Source: Acidobacteriota bacterium
GTDB taxonomy: Bacteria > Acidobacteriota > Thermoanaerobaculia > UBA5066
Direction: 5' to 3'
Assembly (NCBI GenBank): GCA_029781975.1
Contig: JAKOVQ010000017.1
Span: forward strand, 130,074-194,073
Length of the DNA: 64,000 bases
Positions 38,781-48,206 of the stretch are shown one piece after another (positions within the stretch are counted from its first letter, which is position 1; each line of letters starts with the position of its first letter). The notes under the pieces were generated by a model that did no database searches, was not told where the DNA came from, and was given only the letters and a program-made list of their open reading frames with translations. Both the position numbers and the translations under genes were made by a program.

Positions 38781-41071
38781 CGGAAGTCCCCCGGGTAGGC
38801 CGCCGACGCGACGGTCGAGTTCCCCGCCGCGTCGACCACCCGCACGCTCACCACGGCGGGCCCCTCGGGCCGCGGCACGCGGAACGCGAACCGTTCGCTC
38901 GGGCCGTCGGCGGCGCCGTCCTCGGCCTGGAGAGGGCGCCAGCGGTCCGCGTTCACGGTCCCCTCCGCCTTCACGACGGGAGAGAGGGCGTCCGTCGCGG
39001 CCACGACGAGGACGAGGCTCCCGTCCTTCTCCATGCGCGCCTCGGTCTTCGTGACGGGCGGCGTGCAGTCGACGACGGCCAGCTCGGTCTCCTCGGACGC
39101 CGAGAGAGCCTCCCCCTCCGGGTTCGACGGGCGGTCCGAGGCCGTCACGCGGAAGCGGTAGACGCCGTCCGGCAGCGCGGACGAGTCGAAGGAGAGCCAC
39201 GAGTCGTCGACGTCGCGCCGGATCGGGATCCAGACCGGGCTCCCCTCGCGGCGCGCCTCGACGTCGTAGCGGAGGGAGTCGCCGTTCGGGTCCGTGGCGC
39301 GCCAGGCGACGGTCCGGTACCCCTTGCGATAGAGCTTCTTGCCCGGCTGCTCCGGGCCCTCGCGCGGGTGCTCCAGCCCGGCGAAGACGCCGTTCTCGTC
39401 CGGGCTCGTGACCGAGAGGACGGCCGGTCCGGACGAGGCGCTCCCGCGAGGGAAGACCGCGCCGGGCTCGAGGACGCCGACCGCGACGAGGACCGGCCGC
39501 GCGTTCCGCTCGGTGTAGGAGAGGTCGACGCGCTCTACGACGGGCGCCCCTCCCTTCGGCGCCGCCGCCATCTCGGCGCGCCACTGGAAGAAGCGCGCCG
39601 CGGGAAGGCCGGGCTCGGCGCGCCCCGCCGGGCCGATCCGCGACCATCCCGACCAGGTCCCGTCCGGCTTGTCCGAGTTGCCCGCGCGCACCGAGAAGGC
39701 GAGCGTGGCCCCGGCCGGGACGGTCGCCTCCGCCCGGAGCGTCCCGAAGGCCGAGAGACGCGCGGCGTCCGTCACGGCGGAGGTGAACGAGGCGGTCCCC
39801 CGCTCGTTCGTCGCGGCGGGACGGAGGACCGCGGGCGCGCCCGACGTGACGAGCGCGAGGCCGGCGGGGACGTCCGGCGCGGCGACGACCTGCTTCGCGT
39901 CGACCTGGGCCTCCAGACGCAGGTCGCGGCCCTTCAGGCTGTAGAGGCGGCCGCGCGGTCCCGTCGCCAGCAGGAGCGCTCCCCTCGAAGCGTCCCAGCG
40001 GATCGAGAAGACCGTGTCGTCCGGGAGCGTCCAGGCGGGCTCGACGAAGCCGTCGGGCGCGACGAGGACGAGCTCGGCGCTCCCCTCGCGGCCCGCCGCC
40101 TGCGGCGCGGGCGCGAGACGCGCGGGTCCCGTGGAGACGGAGACGGTTCCCGCCGGGACCGGCTCCTTCGCGGCCGCGGGCTGCTGTGCGGGCGCCGGCG
40201 AGACGGGACTCGGAGCCGCCTCGGGCTTCGGGGCCGAGGCCAGGGACGGCACCTCGGCCGACGTTCCGACGGCGTAGAGCGCCCCGTCGGGCGTCAGCGC
40301 GAGGCCCGAGACCTCGGGACGCGAGAAGTCGTAGACGGTCCTCAGGGCGCCCGACGGCGAGACCGACAGGACGAGGCCCCGGTCGGAGGTCCCGGCCCAG
40401 AGCGTCCCGTCGGGCGCGGCGGCCAGCGACCGCACGTGGGTGTCGCCGGTCTCGACGAGCATCCCGGACTTCCCGTCGGGGGTCCGGCGGTAGATCCGCC
40501 CCTTGTTCCCGGTGCCGGCGAAGAGAGTGCCGTCCTTCCCGAAGGCGAGGGCCCAGACCGCCTGCTCGCCCGTGTCGAGGAGGAGCGTCCCGGCGCGGGC
40601 GGGATCGGTCGCGCGGGGGTCGACCCGGTAGACCTTTCCGCCGGGCGACGTGCCGCAGGCGACCGTCCCGTCCGCGCCGACGGCGATCGCCGTGACGTTC
40701 GGCTCGGGGGCCTCGAACAGGAGCGACACCTCGCCATCGGGCCGGGAGAGGTAGACGCGGCCCAGCCCTCCGCCCGTCGCGACGAAGAGGCGTCCCGAGG
40801 GATCCGAAGCCGCGCCGAAGACCACGGCTCCGGCCGCCTCCGCCGGCCAGCGGGCCGGGCCGAGCGGGACGCCGAGCGTCAGGCGGCCGTCGGCCGTCAC
40901 CGCGGTGCCGAGGGCGTCGCCGGCGAGGAGCTCCTTGGCGGAGCCGGTGGAGGCGATCCGGGTTTGCCCCGCGTTCGCGGGATGGGAGAGGGCCGCGGCG
41001 CAGGCGGCGAGGGCGAGGGCGCCCGCGAGGGCCGCCCCCGCCGGGGCAGGACGACGGGGATGCTCGAACAT
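38777..41071 (-). CDS. Secreted beta-propeller protein with C-terminal Y_Y_Y-like Ig domain (hypothetical)
   Basis: 764 aa; signal peptide (ALAGALALAACAAALS), repeated DG(T/S)L(F/W/Y)AGT blades resembling the two-component-regulator propeller, Pro/Ala linker, C-terminal VYRFRVTASD (Y_Y_Y-like) and no kinase domain. Confidence 0.6.
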   Translation of the reverse strand: MFEHPRRPAPAGAALAGALALAACAAALSHPANAGQTRIASTGSAKELLAGDALGTAVTADGRLTLGVPLGPARWPAEAAGAVVFGAASDPSGRLFVATGGGLGRVYLSRPDGEVSLLFEAPEPNVTAIAVGADGTVACGTSPGGKVYRVDPRATDPARAGTLLLDTGEQAVWALAFGKDGTLFAGTGNKGRIYRRTPDGKSGMLVETGDTHVRSLAAAPDGTLWAGTSDRGLVLSVSPSGALRTVYDFSRPEVSGLALTPDGALYAVGTSAEVPSLASAPKPEAAPSPVSPAPAQQPAAAKEPVPAGTVSVSTGPARLAPAPQAAGREGSAELVLVAPDGFVEPAWTLPDDTVFSIRWDASRGALLLATGPRGRLYSLKGRDLRLEAQVDAKQVVAAPDVPAGLALVTSGAPAVLRPAATNERGTASFTSAVTDAARLSAFGTLRAEATVPAGATLAFSVRAGNSDKPDGTWSGWSRIGPAGRAEPGLPAARFFQWRAEMAAAPKGGAPVVERVDLSYTERNARPVLVAVGVLEPGAVFPRGSASSGPAVLSVTSPDENGVFAGLEHPREGPEQPGKKLYRKGYRTVAWRATDPNGDSLRYDVEARREGSPVWIPIRRDVDDSWLSFDSSALPDGVYRFRVTASDRPSNPEGEALSASEETELAVVDCTPPVTKTEARMEKDGSLVLVVAATDALSPVVKAEGTVNADRWRPLQAEDGAADGPSERFAFRVPRPEGPAVVSVRVVDAAGNSTVASAAYPGDFR

Positions 41072-41078
41072 CGATACC

Positions 41079-42962
41079 TCAGGAGCGGGGCCGCTCCAGC
41101 TCGATCTCGACGCGGATCGTGCCGGAGACGGGGCGGTCGAACGAAAGGATGGACTCTGCGGCGAGGCGCGACTCCAGGAGCGATCCCCCCGGCTCGCCCG
41201 CGGCGCGGGACGTCGCCAGGAGCGCCGCGGCCGTGGGGGGAAGCGCCGTGATCGCGTCGGGGCCCGTGGAGAGACCCCGGCTCGGGAGGAGGAGCCCGGC
41301 GAGCAGGTGGTTCGTCGGGACGAGGCGCGAGAGGTAGGAGGCGAACTGGGCCAGCGTTCGCGGCTCCACCGGGCGGAGGCTCTGGAGGAGCGACGAGGCG
41401 CTGGAGCCGTCTGCCGCGACGAGGACGGCGCGCCCCGCGGGGGCGTCCCGCGGGACCTCGAGCGTCACCACCCGGACGGTGTCGGCCCCGCGCCGGTCGA
41501 TGAGGCGGAGGGCCAGCGACACGGTGTCGCCGGCCGCGACCCGGCGGACGGAGGGCGCCGCGTCGACCAGCCGGAGGCGCCGGTCGCCCGGCTCGCTCCG
41601 GAAGGTGATGGCGATCGCCGAGACCTTCGGGTCGGCCACGTCGTTGTCCACGACCGCCGAGACGAGAGCGGCGGCGGTGAGGATCGCCACCTCCTTGGCG
41701 CGGAGGCCGGTCGCCACGTCCTCGTAGGCGATCTCGCCGGCGGCCGTCTTCAGCGAGATTCGGTAGTCGAGGACCCTCTCGCGGGAGGTCGGGTCCCCGG
41801 CGCTCACGGCGGCGTCCGCGGCGAGGGCGACCAGGGTCGGGAGGAGCTTGGGATGGCTCGCCAGCGCGAGGTCGAACGTCCGCTCGGGCGCCCCCGCCGG
41901 GGCGACGACGATCCGGGCCGGGATCATCGGCGCCGGGTGGTCGGTCCTCCCGCCGACGCCGCTGTCGCGGTCGCGTGTCAGCCGGTAGAGAGGGTCGCCG
42001 CCGTTGGCGATCTTGAACGACTGGAAGGCGCTGGGGACGACCCCGACGACCGCCGCCCGGGCCACCGGCAGCTCGATGGTGCCGAAGCCGAGGAAAGGGT
42101 GGCCGAACGCCACGAAGCGCCCGTCGGGGAAGACGTCCGTCACCGTTCCGGTCGCCCCGAGGACGAGGTCGCCCCGGACGAGATACGCCGTGATCGAGGC
42201 GCCGGGCACGAGCGGCCCGGACGCCGGCTCGCCGCCGGTCCCCCCGGCCCGGGGCGGGACGGCTGGAGCGGGGGTCCCTCCGGTCCCGGCAATGACCGGG
42301 AGGCCGAGGCGTGCGAGGGGCTCGCGGAACCGCTCGAGCGTCTCGGCGGGGAAGCCGGTGGCGGCGAGGGAGAGGAGGGATGCGGCAGGGGCCTCCGGGA
42401 GGGCGCCGAGGACCCGGTCCCTGAGGCGAGCGACCCGCTCGTCGTTGCCCTCGGCCGCCACCTCCGAGAGGAAGGAGGCCGAGGCGGCGAAGGAGGTGGT
42501 CCCTCCGACGCGGTCGCCGGCGAGGTCGGGTCCCGCGGGGACGATCCCCGTCATCGACTCGATCGGCGTCACCCCGGCGATCGGCCGCTTCGAGAAGCCC
42601 CAGCCCGACGCGACGGCGCCCGCGAGCTTCCCGTCGAGGTAGACGGGGCTCCCGCTCATCCCGGCCACGACGCCGCTCTCCTCGAGGCCGAGGCCGGAGA
42701 GCGAGACGATGATGGTCGACCTCCCCGCGGCGGAGTTCCTGAGGACGCCGAGCACCTCGACCCCGAACCTCTCGACGGCGTCGCCCTTCATGACGGTCAG
42801 GCCGTAGCCGGTCATCCCCGGCTTCACCGCGTCGAGGGGGAGGATCCCGGCCGCTCCCGCGCGCGGCCCGGCGAGGAGCGCCAGGCACGCACCGATCGCC
42901 GCGAGCGGGGAGAGCCCCCGTCGCGCCCGGCCGTAAGGCTTTGACCCTCCTGAAAATCCCAT
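41079..42962 (-). CDS. Peptidase S55 (SpoIVB-like) family serine protease, secreted
   Basis: Signal peptide LSPLAAIGACLALLAG; catalytic-serine context GMSGSPVY identical to the SpoIVB motif; about 625 aa with long C-terminal extension; ATG at about 42962 (upstream ATG would overlap tolQ). Confidence 0.7.
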   Translation of the reverse strand: MGFSGGSKPYGRARRGLSPLAAIGACLALLAGPRAGAAGILPLDAVKPGMTGYGLTVMKGDAVERFGVEVLGVLRNSAAGRSTIIVSLSGLGLEESGVVAGMSGSPVYLDGKLAGAVASGWGFSKRPIAGVTPIESMTGIVPAGPDLAGDRVGGTTSFAASASFLSEVAAEGNDERVARLRDRVLGALPEAPAASLLSLAATGFPAETLERFREPLARLGLPVIAGTGGTPAPAVPPRAGGTGGEPASGPLVPGASITAYLVRGDLVLGATGTVTDVFPDGRFVAFGHPFLGFGTIELPVARAAVVGVVPSAFQSFKIANGGDPLYRLTRDRDSGVGGRTDHPAPMIPARIVVAPAGAPERTFDLALASHPKLLPTLVALAADAAVSAGDPTSRERVLDYRISLKTAAGEIAYEDVATGLRAKEVAILTAAALVSAVVDNDVADPKVSAIAITFRSEPGDRRLRLVDAAPSVRRVAAGDTVSLALRLIDRRGADTVRVVTLEVPRDAPAGRAVLVAADGSSASSLLQSLRPVEPRTLAQFASYLSRLVPTNHLLAGLLLPSRGLSTGPDAITALPPTAAALLATSRAAGEPGGSLLESRLAAESILSFDRPVSGTIRVEIELERPRS

Positions 42963-43008
42963 GCTAGTGTGCTTCGATTCGGGATCCGGAGAGGGAGCCC
43001 GCGCGATT

Positions 43009-43701
43009 ATGGAAACCGGCGGCACCAACATCGTTCAGCTGTTCCTTTCGGCGGGATGGACGGCCAAGGCGGTCCTGGCGATCCTGGGTGTCTTCTCGCT
43101 CGCCTCGTGGGCCATCATCCTCGGCAAGACCTGGAGTTTCTCACGGGCCGAGAACCAGTCGCGACGGTTCGTCCAGAACTTCCGGAAGAGCCGCAAGTTC
43201 GCCGACGTCCTGGGAGTCTGCGACCAGCACGAGGCGAGCCCCCTCGTGGGCCTCTTCCGGGCCGGCTACACCGAGCTCGACCAGCAGGTGAAGGCCGGCC
43301 GGGACGTGGCGCCCGCCGACACGGGGCGCCTCTTCGTCAAGAGCCTCCCCGCCATCGAGCGGGCGCTCGAGAGGGCGGCCGGGGTCGAGACCGCGCGCCT
43401 CACCAGCCGCCTCGCGTTCCTCGCCACCACGGCGTCCGCGACTCCCTTCATCGGCCTCTTCGGGACGGTCTGGGGGATCCTCACCTCCTTCCGGGCCATC
43501 GGGATGACGGGTTCCACGTCTATCGTGGCGGTCGCCCCCGGCATCGCCGAGGCGCTCGTCAACACCGCGGCCGGCCTCGTCGCCGCGGTCCCCGCGCTGA
43601 TCGCCTACAACTACTTCAACGCCCGCGTGAGAGCGGCCCGTTCCGAGATGCGTGACTTCGCCCTGGAGTTCCTGAACCTGGCGGAGCGCCACTTCACCTG
43701 A
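43009..43701 (+). CDS. tolQ: Tol-Pal system protein TolQ (MotA/TolQ/ExbB proton channel)
   Basis: Starts METGGTNIVQLFLSAGW preceded by GGAGAGGGAG RBS; three TM helices, conserved LFGTVWGI and AEALVNTAAGL motifs. Confidence 0.85.
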   Translation: METGGTNIVQLFLSAGWTAKAVLAILGVFSLASWAIILGKTWSFSRAENQSRRFVQNFRKSRKFADVLGVCDQHEASPLVGLFRAGYTELDQQVKAGRDVAPADTGRLFVKSLPAIERALERAAGVETARLTSRLAFLATTASATPFIGLFGTVWGILTSFRAIGMTGSTSIVAVAPGIAEALVNTAAGLVAAVPALIAYNYFNARVRAARSEMRDFALEFLNLAERHFT

Positions 43702-43712
43702 CGGGGGCGCCG

Positions 43713-44135
43713 ATGGCCGTCAAGATCGAAGACGACGCCGAGGCGATGTCGGACATCAACGTCACGCCCCTCGTGGACGTGATGCTGGTCCTCCTGATCA
43801 TCTTCATGGTCACGACGCCCCTCCTCCACCAGGGGGTGGAGGTCAGCCTCCCCAAGTCGGTCTCGCAGAACCTCCCGAAGACGCCGGAGGACCCGCTGAT
43901 CCTCTCGATCACGCGGAAGGAGGTCTACTACCTCAACGAGACCCCCGTCCCGAAGGCGCAGCTGAGAGACCGGATCAAGCTCATCCTTAAGAACCGCCGG
44001 GACAAGGCGGTCTACCTGAAGGCCGACCGGAACCTGCCCTACGGCGTCGTCGTCGAGACGATGGACACCCTGAACCGCATCGGCGTCGAGAGCCTCGGGA
44101 TGGTGACGGAGCTGAAGAGCGAAAAGGGGCCGTGA
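43713..44135 (+). CDS. tolR: Tol-Pal system protein TolR (ExbD/TolR)
   Basis: 140 aa; INVTPLVDVMLVLLIIFMVT, VYLKADRNLPYG. Confidence 0.85.
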   Translation: MAVKIEDDAEAMSDINVTPLVDVMLVLLIIFMVTTPLLHQGVEVSLPKSVSQNLPKTPEDPLILSITRKEVYYLNETPVPKAQLRDRIKLILKNRRDKAVYLKADRNLPYGVVVETMDTLNRIGVESLGMVTELKSEKGP

Positions 44136-44884
44136 CCGTCTCCGACGTCCTCGAGGAGCGGCTCCACCGCCGGGACGCGCCCGGCGCCCTGACGGCGATC
44201 CTGTCGATCTCGGCCCACGCCGCCTTCGTCGTCGCCCTGATCCTCGTCTCCCGGCCGAGGCCCCGGACCCTCCCGCTGTTCGAGGCCCTGCCGGTCCGCG
44301 TCGTCTCGCCCGGGTCCCTCGGCCGCCGCACGGCCCCGAGGCCGGCTCCTGCCGCGGAGAAGGCGCGGCCGGCGATCGAGAAGCTCCAGAAGGACGACAC
44401 GCCGAAACCTTCCGAGAAGGCGCTCCCCCTGCCGAAGGCGGCGAAGGAGAAGCCCCGGCCCGCCCCCAAGCCGGAGCGCTCGGCGACCGCTCCCGCCCCG
44501 TCCGAGGAGGGGGTCGAGCTCCCGTCCGCCGGAGGGAACGGGGCCGCCGGCTCGGGCAGCGGCAGCGACGCGACGGGCCTGTCGTTCGGTGCCTCCCTCG
44601 CCGGCTTCGACGCCGACTTCCCCTACGCCTACTATGCCGAGCAGCTCCAGTCGCTGATCGGCGCGAACTGGTTCAAGCCGAACGTCCCCGACGGGACGGC
44701 CTGCGTCATCTCGTTCTCGATCCAGCGCTCCGGCCAGGTCACGGACGTGAAGGTCGAGGAGTCGTCCGGGCTCCCCTACTACGACCGGGCCGCCACGCGC
44801 GCCATCTACTCCGCGAACCCGCTCCCGCCGCTCCCCCGGGAGTTCCAGCGGGAGGTCCTCGGCGTCCACATCAAGTTCCAGTGA
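44132..44884 (+). CDS. TolA/TonB-like energy transducer (TonB C-terminal domain)
   Basis: N-terminal TM anchor, Pro/Lys/Ala-rich linker, C-terminal TonB_C-like domain (YYAEQLQSLIGANW...VISFSIQRSGQVTDVKVEESSG); 4-nt overlap with tolR. Confidence 0.7.
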   Translation: MTVSDVLEERLHRRDAPGALTAILSISAHAAFVVALILVSRPRPRTLPLFEALPVRVVSPGSLGRRTAPRPAPAAEKARPAIEKLQKDDTPKPSEKALPLPKAAKEKPRPAPKPERSATAPAPSEEGVELPSAGGNGAAGSGSGSDATGLSFGASLAGFDADFPYAYYAEQLQSLIGANWFKPNVPDGTACVISFSIQRSGQVTDVKVEESSGLPYYDRAATRAIYSANPLPPLPREFQREVLGVHIKFQ

Positions 44885-44903
44885 TCGTCTTCCGGAGGTC
44901 AGC

Positions 44904-46277
44904 GTGAAGAGACTCGTCCTCGCCCTCGCCGTCACGGCCGCCGCAGCCGCCATCGCAAAGGCCCGGGCCCAGGAACCGCCCGTCCCGCCGGCCCCGTCCC
45001 CGGCACCGGTGACGCAGGTCGCCCCTCCGGCCCAGCCGGCCGACCTCAGGCTCGTCCTGACGGCGGAGGGGGGGCGCCGGATCGGGATCGCCGTCCCTCC
45101 CGCCCTGACCGACCCGGCCTCGCCGGCCGACCCGGCGACGGCCGACGCGTTCTCGCAGGCGCTCGCGGGCGACCTCGGCTACTCGCCCTGGTTCGTCGTG
45201 GCCGACCCGACGCTCTACCCCAAGGGGTTCCGGCCGCCCGTGACCCGCGAGGACGGAGACGCCTGGATCGCGACGGGGGCCCAGTTCCTCCTCGACACGC
45301 AGATCAAGGCGGAAGGCGGTCAGACCTCCTTCGTCGCCCAGCTCTACGACCTTCGGACCCTGAAGGCGATCCTCGCCCGGAAGTACCTGTCGGCCGGGGC
45401 CACCTCCCGGCGGGTGGGGCACGCGGTCGCCAACGACGTGGTCCGGCAGTTCACGGGGAAGCCGGGGCCGTTCCTGACGAAGATCGCCTTCGTCTCCAGC
45501 CGCGACGGCGGGAGGAACAAGGAGCTCTACCTGATGGACTACGACGGGGCGAACCAGCGGCGGATCACCTACCACCGCTCGCTGTCGCTCTCCCCCGACT
45601 GGTCCTTCGACGGCGAGAAGATCGTCTACCAGTCCTACATCAACGGCCAGCCGGGGCTCTTCTGGTTCGGCAAGGAAGGGGGGACGAAGACCCAGATCCC
45701 CCTCCCGACGGCCCTGAACGCCTCCCCCTCCTTCTCGCCGGACGGGAAGACTGTCGCCTTCTGCGGAAGCGTCAAGGGGAACCCCGAGATCTTCACCGTG
45801 AACCTCGACGGGACGGGGCTCAAACGGCTCACGAACAACGTCTCGATCGACTCGACCCCCCGGTTCTCGCCGAACGGCCGCGAGATCGCGTTCACCTCGA
45901 ACCGGCAGGGGTCCCCGCAGATCTACCTGATGGACACCGAGGGGGCGAACGTGAGGCGGCTGACGCTGACGGGCAACTGGAGCGACGAGGCCGCCTTCTC
46001 CCCCGACGGGTCGAAGATCGCCTTCGCGTGCCGGAACGAGGGGGACTTCCAGATCTGCATCCTCGACATGCAGTCGGGCCGGACCTTCCAGATCACGACC
46101 GGCGCCGGCGCGAACGAGAACCCGACATGGTCGCCCGACGGGACGCTGATCGCGTGGGAGCACTCCAACGGGGGCGCCTCGCAGATCGTCTCGGCGTTCG
46201 CCGACGGCTCCAACCTCAGGACCCTGACGTCCGCGAAGGACAACTCTTACCCGGCCTGGGCCCGGAACCTCGAATGA
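44904..46277 (+). CDS. tolB: Tol-Pal system beta-propeller protein TolB
   Basis: 457 aa; signal peptide, TolB N-domain, WD40-like repeats with P(S/A)(F/W)SPDG motifs; GTG start. Confidence 0.9.
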   Translation: MKRLVLALAVTAAAAAIAKARAQEPPVPPAPSPAPVTQVAPPAQPADLRLVLTAEGGRRIGIAVPPALTDPASPADPATADAFSQALAGDLGYSPWFVVADPTLYPKGFRPPVTREDGDAWIATGAQFLLDTQIKAEGGQTSFVAQLYDLRTLKAILARKYLSAGATSRRVGHAVANDVVRQFTGKPGPFLTKIAFVSSRDGGRNKELYLMDYDGANQRRITYHRSLSLSPDWSFDGEKIVYQSYINGQPGLFWFGKEGGTKTQIPLPTALNASPSFSPDGKTVAFCGSVKGNPEIFTVNLDGTGLKRLTNNVSIDSTPRFSPNGREIAFTSNRQGSPQIYLMDTEGANVRRLTLTGNWSDEAAFSPDGSKIAFACRNEGDFQICILDMQSGRTFQITTGAGANENPTWSPDGTLIAWEHSNGGASQIVSAFADGSNLRTLTSAKDNSYPAWARNLE

Positions 46278-46382
46278 CACGATTCTTGCTTCGGTTGAGG
46301 CCGTCCCCGACATGGGACTAAAATGGCGCAGGGTCGCAGCCTGGACCCGGCCTGCGGGTGAAGAATGGGAGGATTTAAGGAG

Positions 46383-46943
46383 ATGACGAACACGGTCAGG
46401 TCTCTGGGAGTCGTTCTGGCCTCTTCCGCTCTGGCGTTCACGCTCGGGTGCTGCGCGAAGAAGCCGGCTCCGGCCCCGGCACCGGAGGTTCAGGCTGCCC
46501 CAGCCCCCACTCCGGTCCCCGTCACCGAGCCGACCCCTGCCCCGATCGTCGAGCAGGCTCCCCCGGTCGAGACTCTCCCCGACGTCGACGAGATCAACAA
46601 GAAGGGGTACCTGAAGGACGTCTTCTTCGACTTCGACAAGTACGAGATCCGGGAAGGCGCCGACCGGGACAACCTCGCCGCGGACGCCGAGTGGCTCAAG
46701 AAGTGGGCCACCGTCAAGATCCGCATCGAGGGGCACTGCGACGAGCGCGGGACCCGCCAGTACAACCTCGCGCTCGGCGACAAGCGCGCCAACGCCGCGA
46801 AGGACTACCTCGTCTCGCTCGGCGTCGACGCGTCCCGCATCGAGACGATCTCCTACGGCAAGGACCGTCCGTTCGTCGAAGGCCACAACGAGGAGGCGTG
46901 GGCTCAGAACCGCCGCGCCCACTTCGTGGTGACCGCGAAGTGA
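46383..46943 (+). CDS. pal: Peptidoglycan-associated lipoprotein (OmpA family)
   Basis: MTNTVRSLGVVLASSALAFTLGCC lipobox, Pro/Ala linker, OmpA-like domain (HCDERGTRQYNLALGDKRANAAKDYLVSLGV, NRRAHFVV); AAGGAG RBS. Confidence 0.85.
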   Translation: MTNTVRSLGVVLASSALAFTLGCCAKKPAPAPAPEVQAAPAPTPVPVTEPTPAPIVEQAPPVETLPDVDEINKKGYLKDVFFDFDKYEIREGADRDNLAADAEWLKKWATVKIRIEGHCDERGTRQYNLALGDKRANAAKDYLVSLGVDASRIETISYGKDRPFVEGHNEEAWAQNRRAHFVVTAK

Positions 46944-46961
46944 CGAAGAAGTGACGAAGAA

Positions 46962-47849
46962 GTGACGAAGGCTCCTACGGCGGAACGCCGGCTCCGGCAG
47001 CTTCCGGGACGGAGCGCCCCCCTCGCGGGGGCGCTCCTCGTTCTCGGCGGCCTCTCCCTCTCCGGGTGCGTCACGACCAGCGACGTGGAGGCCCTCCACC
47101 GGCACATCGGGGACGTGGAGAAGAAGGTCGACGTGGTCGCCAAGCAGACCAGCTCGCGCGAGGACATGGCACGCCTGAACGAGAGCGTCTCGAAGCAGGT
47201 CTCCGTCCTCCTCCGGTCGAACGCCGACCTCGGCACGCGGTTCGACGACCTGACCCAGCAGCTGCAGTCCCTCGCCGGCAAGCTGGAGGACGCCAATCGC
47301 CGCCTCACCCAGCTCTCGCAGCAGCTCGCCGAGACGCAGGCGCGCCTCGACCGCTCCGGCGGGGCTCCCGCCGACGGGCCGGGTCCGGGGGGCGCACCCG
47401 TCGCTCCCCTGGCCGCCGGCGCCGCAGCAGCGGTCCCCGGCGGGACCGTCGTCCCCCGGGGCCCCTCCCCGTCGGACCTGTACACCCAGGCGACGGCCGA
47501 CTACCAGAGGGGCCAGTTCGACCTGGCCCGCCAGGGTTTCGAGGAGTACGTCGACACCTACCCGAAGACCGACCTCTCCGACGACGCGCTCTACTGGACC
47601 GCCGAGTGCTGGATGGCCCAGAAGAAGCCGAGGGAGGCGATCACCGCCCTCGACCGCCTCTTCAAGGCCTATCCGCAGAGCGACAAGGCGGCCGCCGCGC
47701 ACCTGAAGAAGGGGCTCGCCCACCTCGACCTCGGGGAGAAGGCCCAGGCGATCGTCCAGTTCCAGTTCGTCGTCCACGAGTACCCCGAGTCCGACGAGGC
47801 CAAGAGCGCGCGGCAGCGCCTCCGCTCCCTCGGATCCGACACCCGCTAG
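46962..47849 (+). CDS. cpoB: Tol-Pal system protein CpoB/YbgF (coiled-coil plus TPR)
   Basis: Signal/lipobox-like LSGC, coiled-coil with Gln-rich heptads, C-terminal TPR (LYWTAECWMAQKKPREAITALDRLFKAYPQSDKAAAAHLKKGLA); GTG start lies in the third copy of an 11-nt tandem repeat. Confidence 0.8.
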   Translation: MTKAPTAERRLRQLPGRSAPLAGALLVLGGLSLSGCVTTSDVEALHRHIGDVEKKVDVVAKQTSSREDMARLNESVSKQVSVLLRSNADLGTRFDDLTQQLQSLAGKLEDANRRLTQLSQQLAETQARLDRSGGAPADGPGPGGAPVAPLAAGAAAAVPGGTVVPRGPSPSDLYTQATADYQRGQFDLARQGFEEYVDTYPKTDLSDDALYWTAECWMAQKKPREAITALDRLFKAYPQSDKAAAAHLKKGLAHLDLGEKAQAIVQFQFVVHEYPESDEAKSARQRLRSLGSDTR

Positions 47850-47906
47850 GAAGCGTCCCCCGCCCCGGGGACGAGAGCCTCGAGAGAACCCCGAGCAAGG
47901 AGAACC

Positions 47907-48182
47907 ATGGCGAACACGAAGCAGGCCAAGAAGCGCGCCGCGCAGAACGACAGGCAGCGCGCGCGCAACCGATCGGTGAAGACCCGGACCCGCAAGGTCG
48001 TGCGCGAGCTCCGCGCGACGGTGGCGACGGACCCCGCCCGGGCGAAGGAGATGCTCGCCCCGACCGCTTCCACCCTCGACGTGGCGGTCCGCAAAGGCGT
48101 GATCCACAAGAAGACCGCGGCCCGGCTGAAGTCCCGCGCCGCCAAGGCGGTCAACAAGGCCGCCCGGGCGAAGGCCGAGTAG
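47907..48182 (+). CDS. rpsT: 30S ribosomal protein S20
   Basis: 91 aa; MANTKQAKKRAAQNDRQRARNRSVKTRTRK, RBS AAGGAGAA upstream. Confidence 0.9.
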   Translation: MANTKQAKKRAAQNDRQRARNRSVKTRTRKVVRELRATVATDPARAKEMLAPTASTLDVAVRKGVIHKKTAARLKSRAAKAVNKAARAKAE

Positions 48183-48206
48183 AGAGGCCCCTTCCCGGCC
48201 CGTGCC

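Noticed and set aside
46028-46441. Small ORFs at the tolB/pal junction (46028..46321 +, 46247..46441 -)
   Set aside because: They overlap the tolB 3' end and the pal leader in the wrong frame or strand. The region is better explained as the tolB C-terminus plus an AT-richer pal leader with an AAGGAG RBS.
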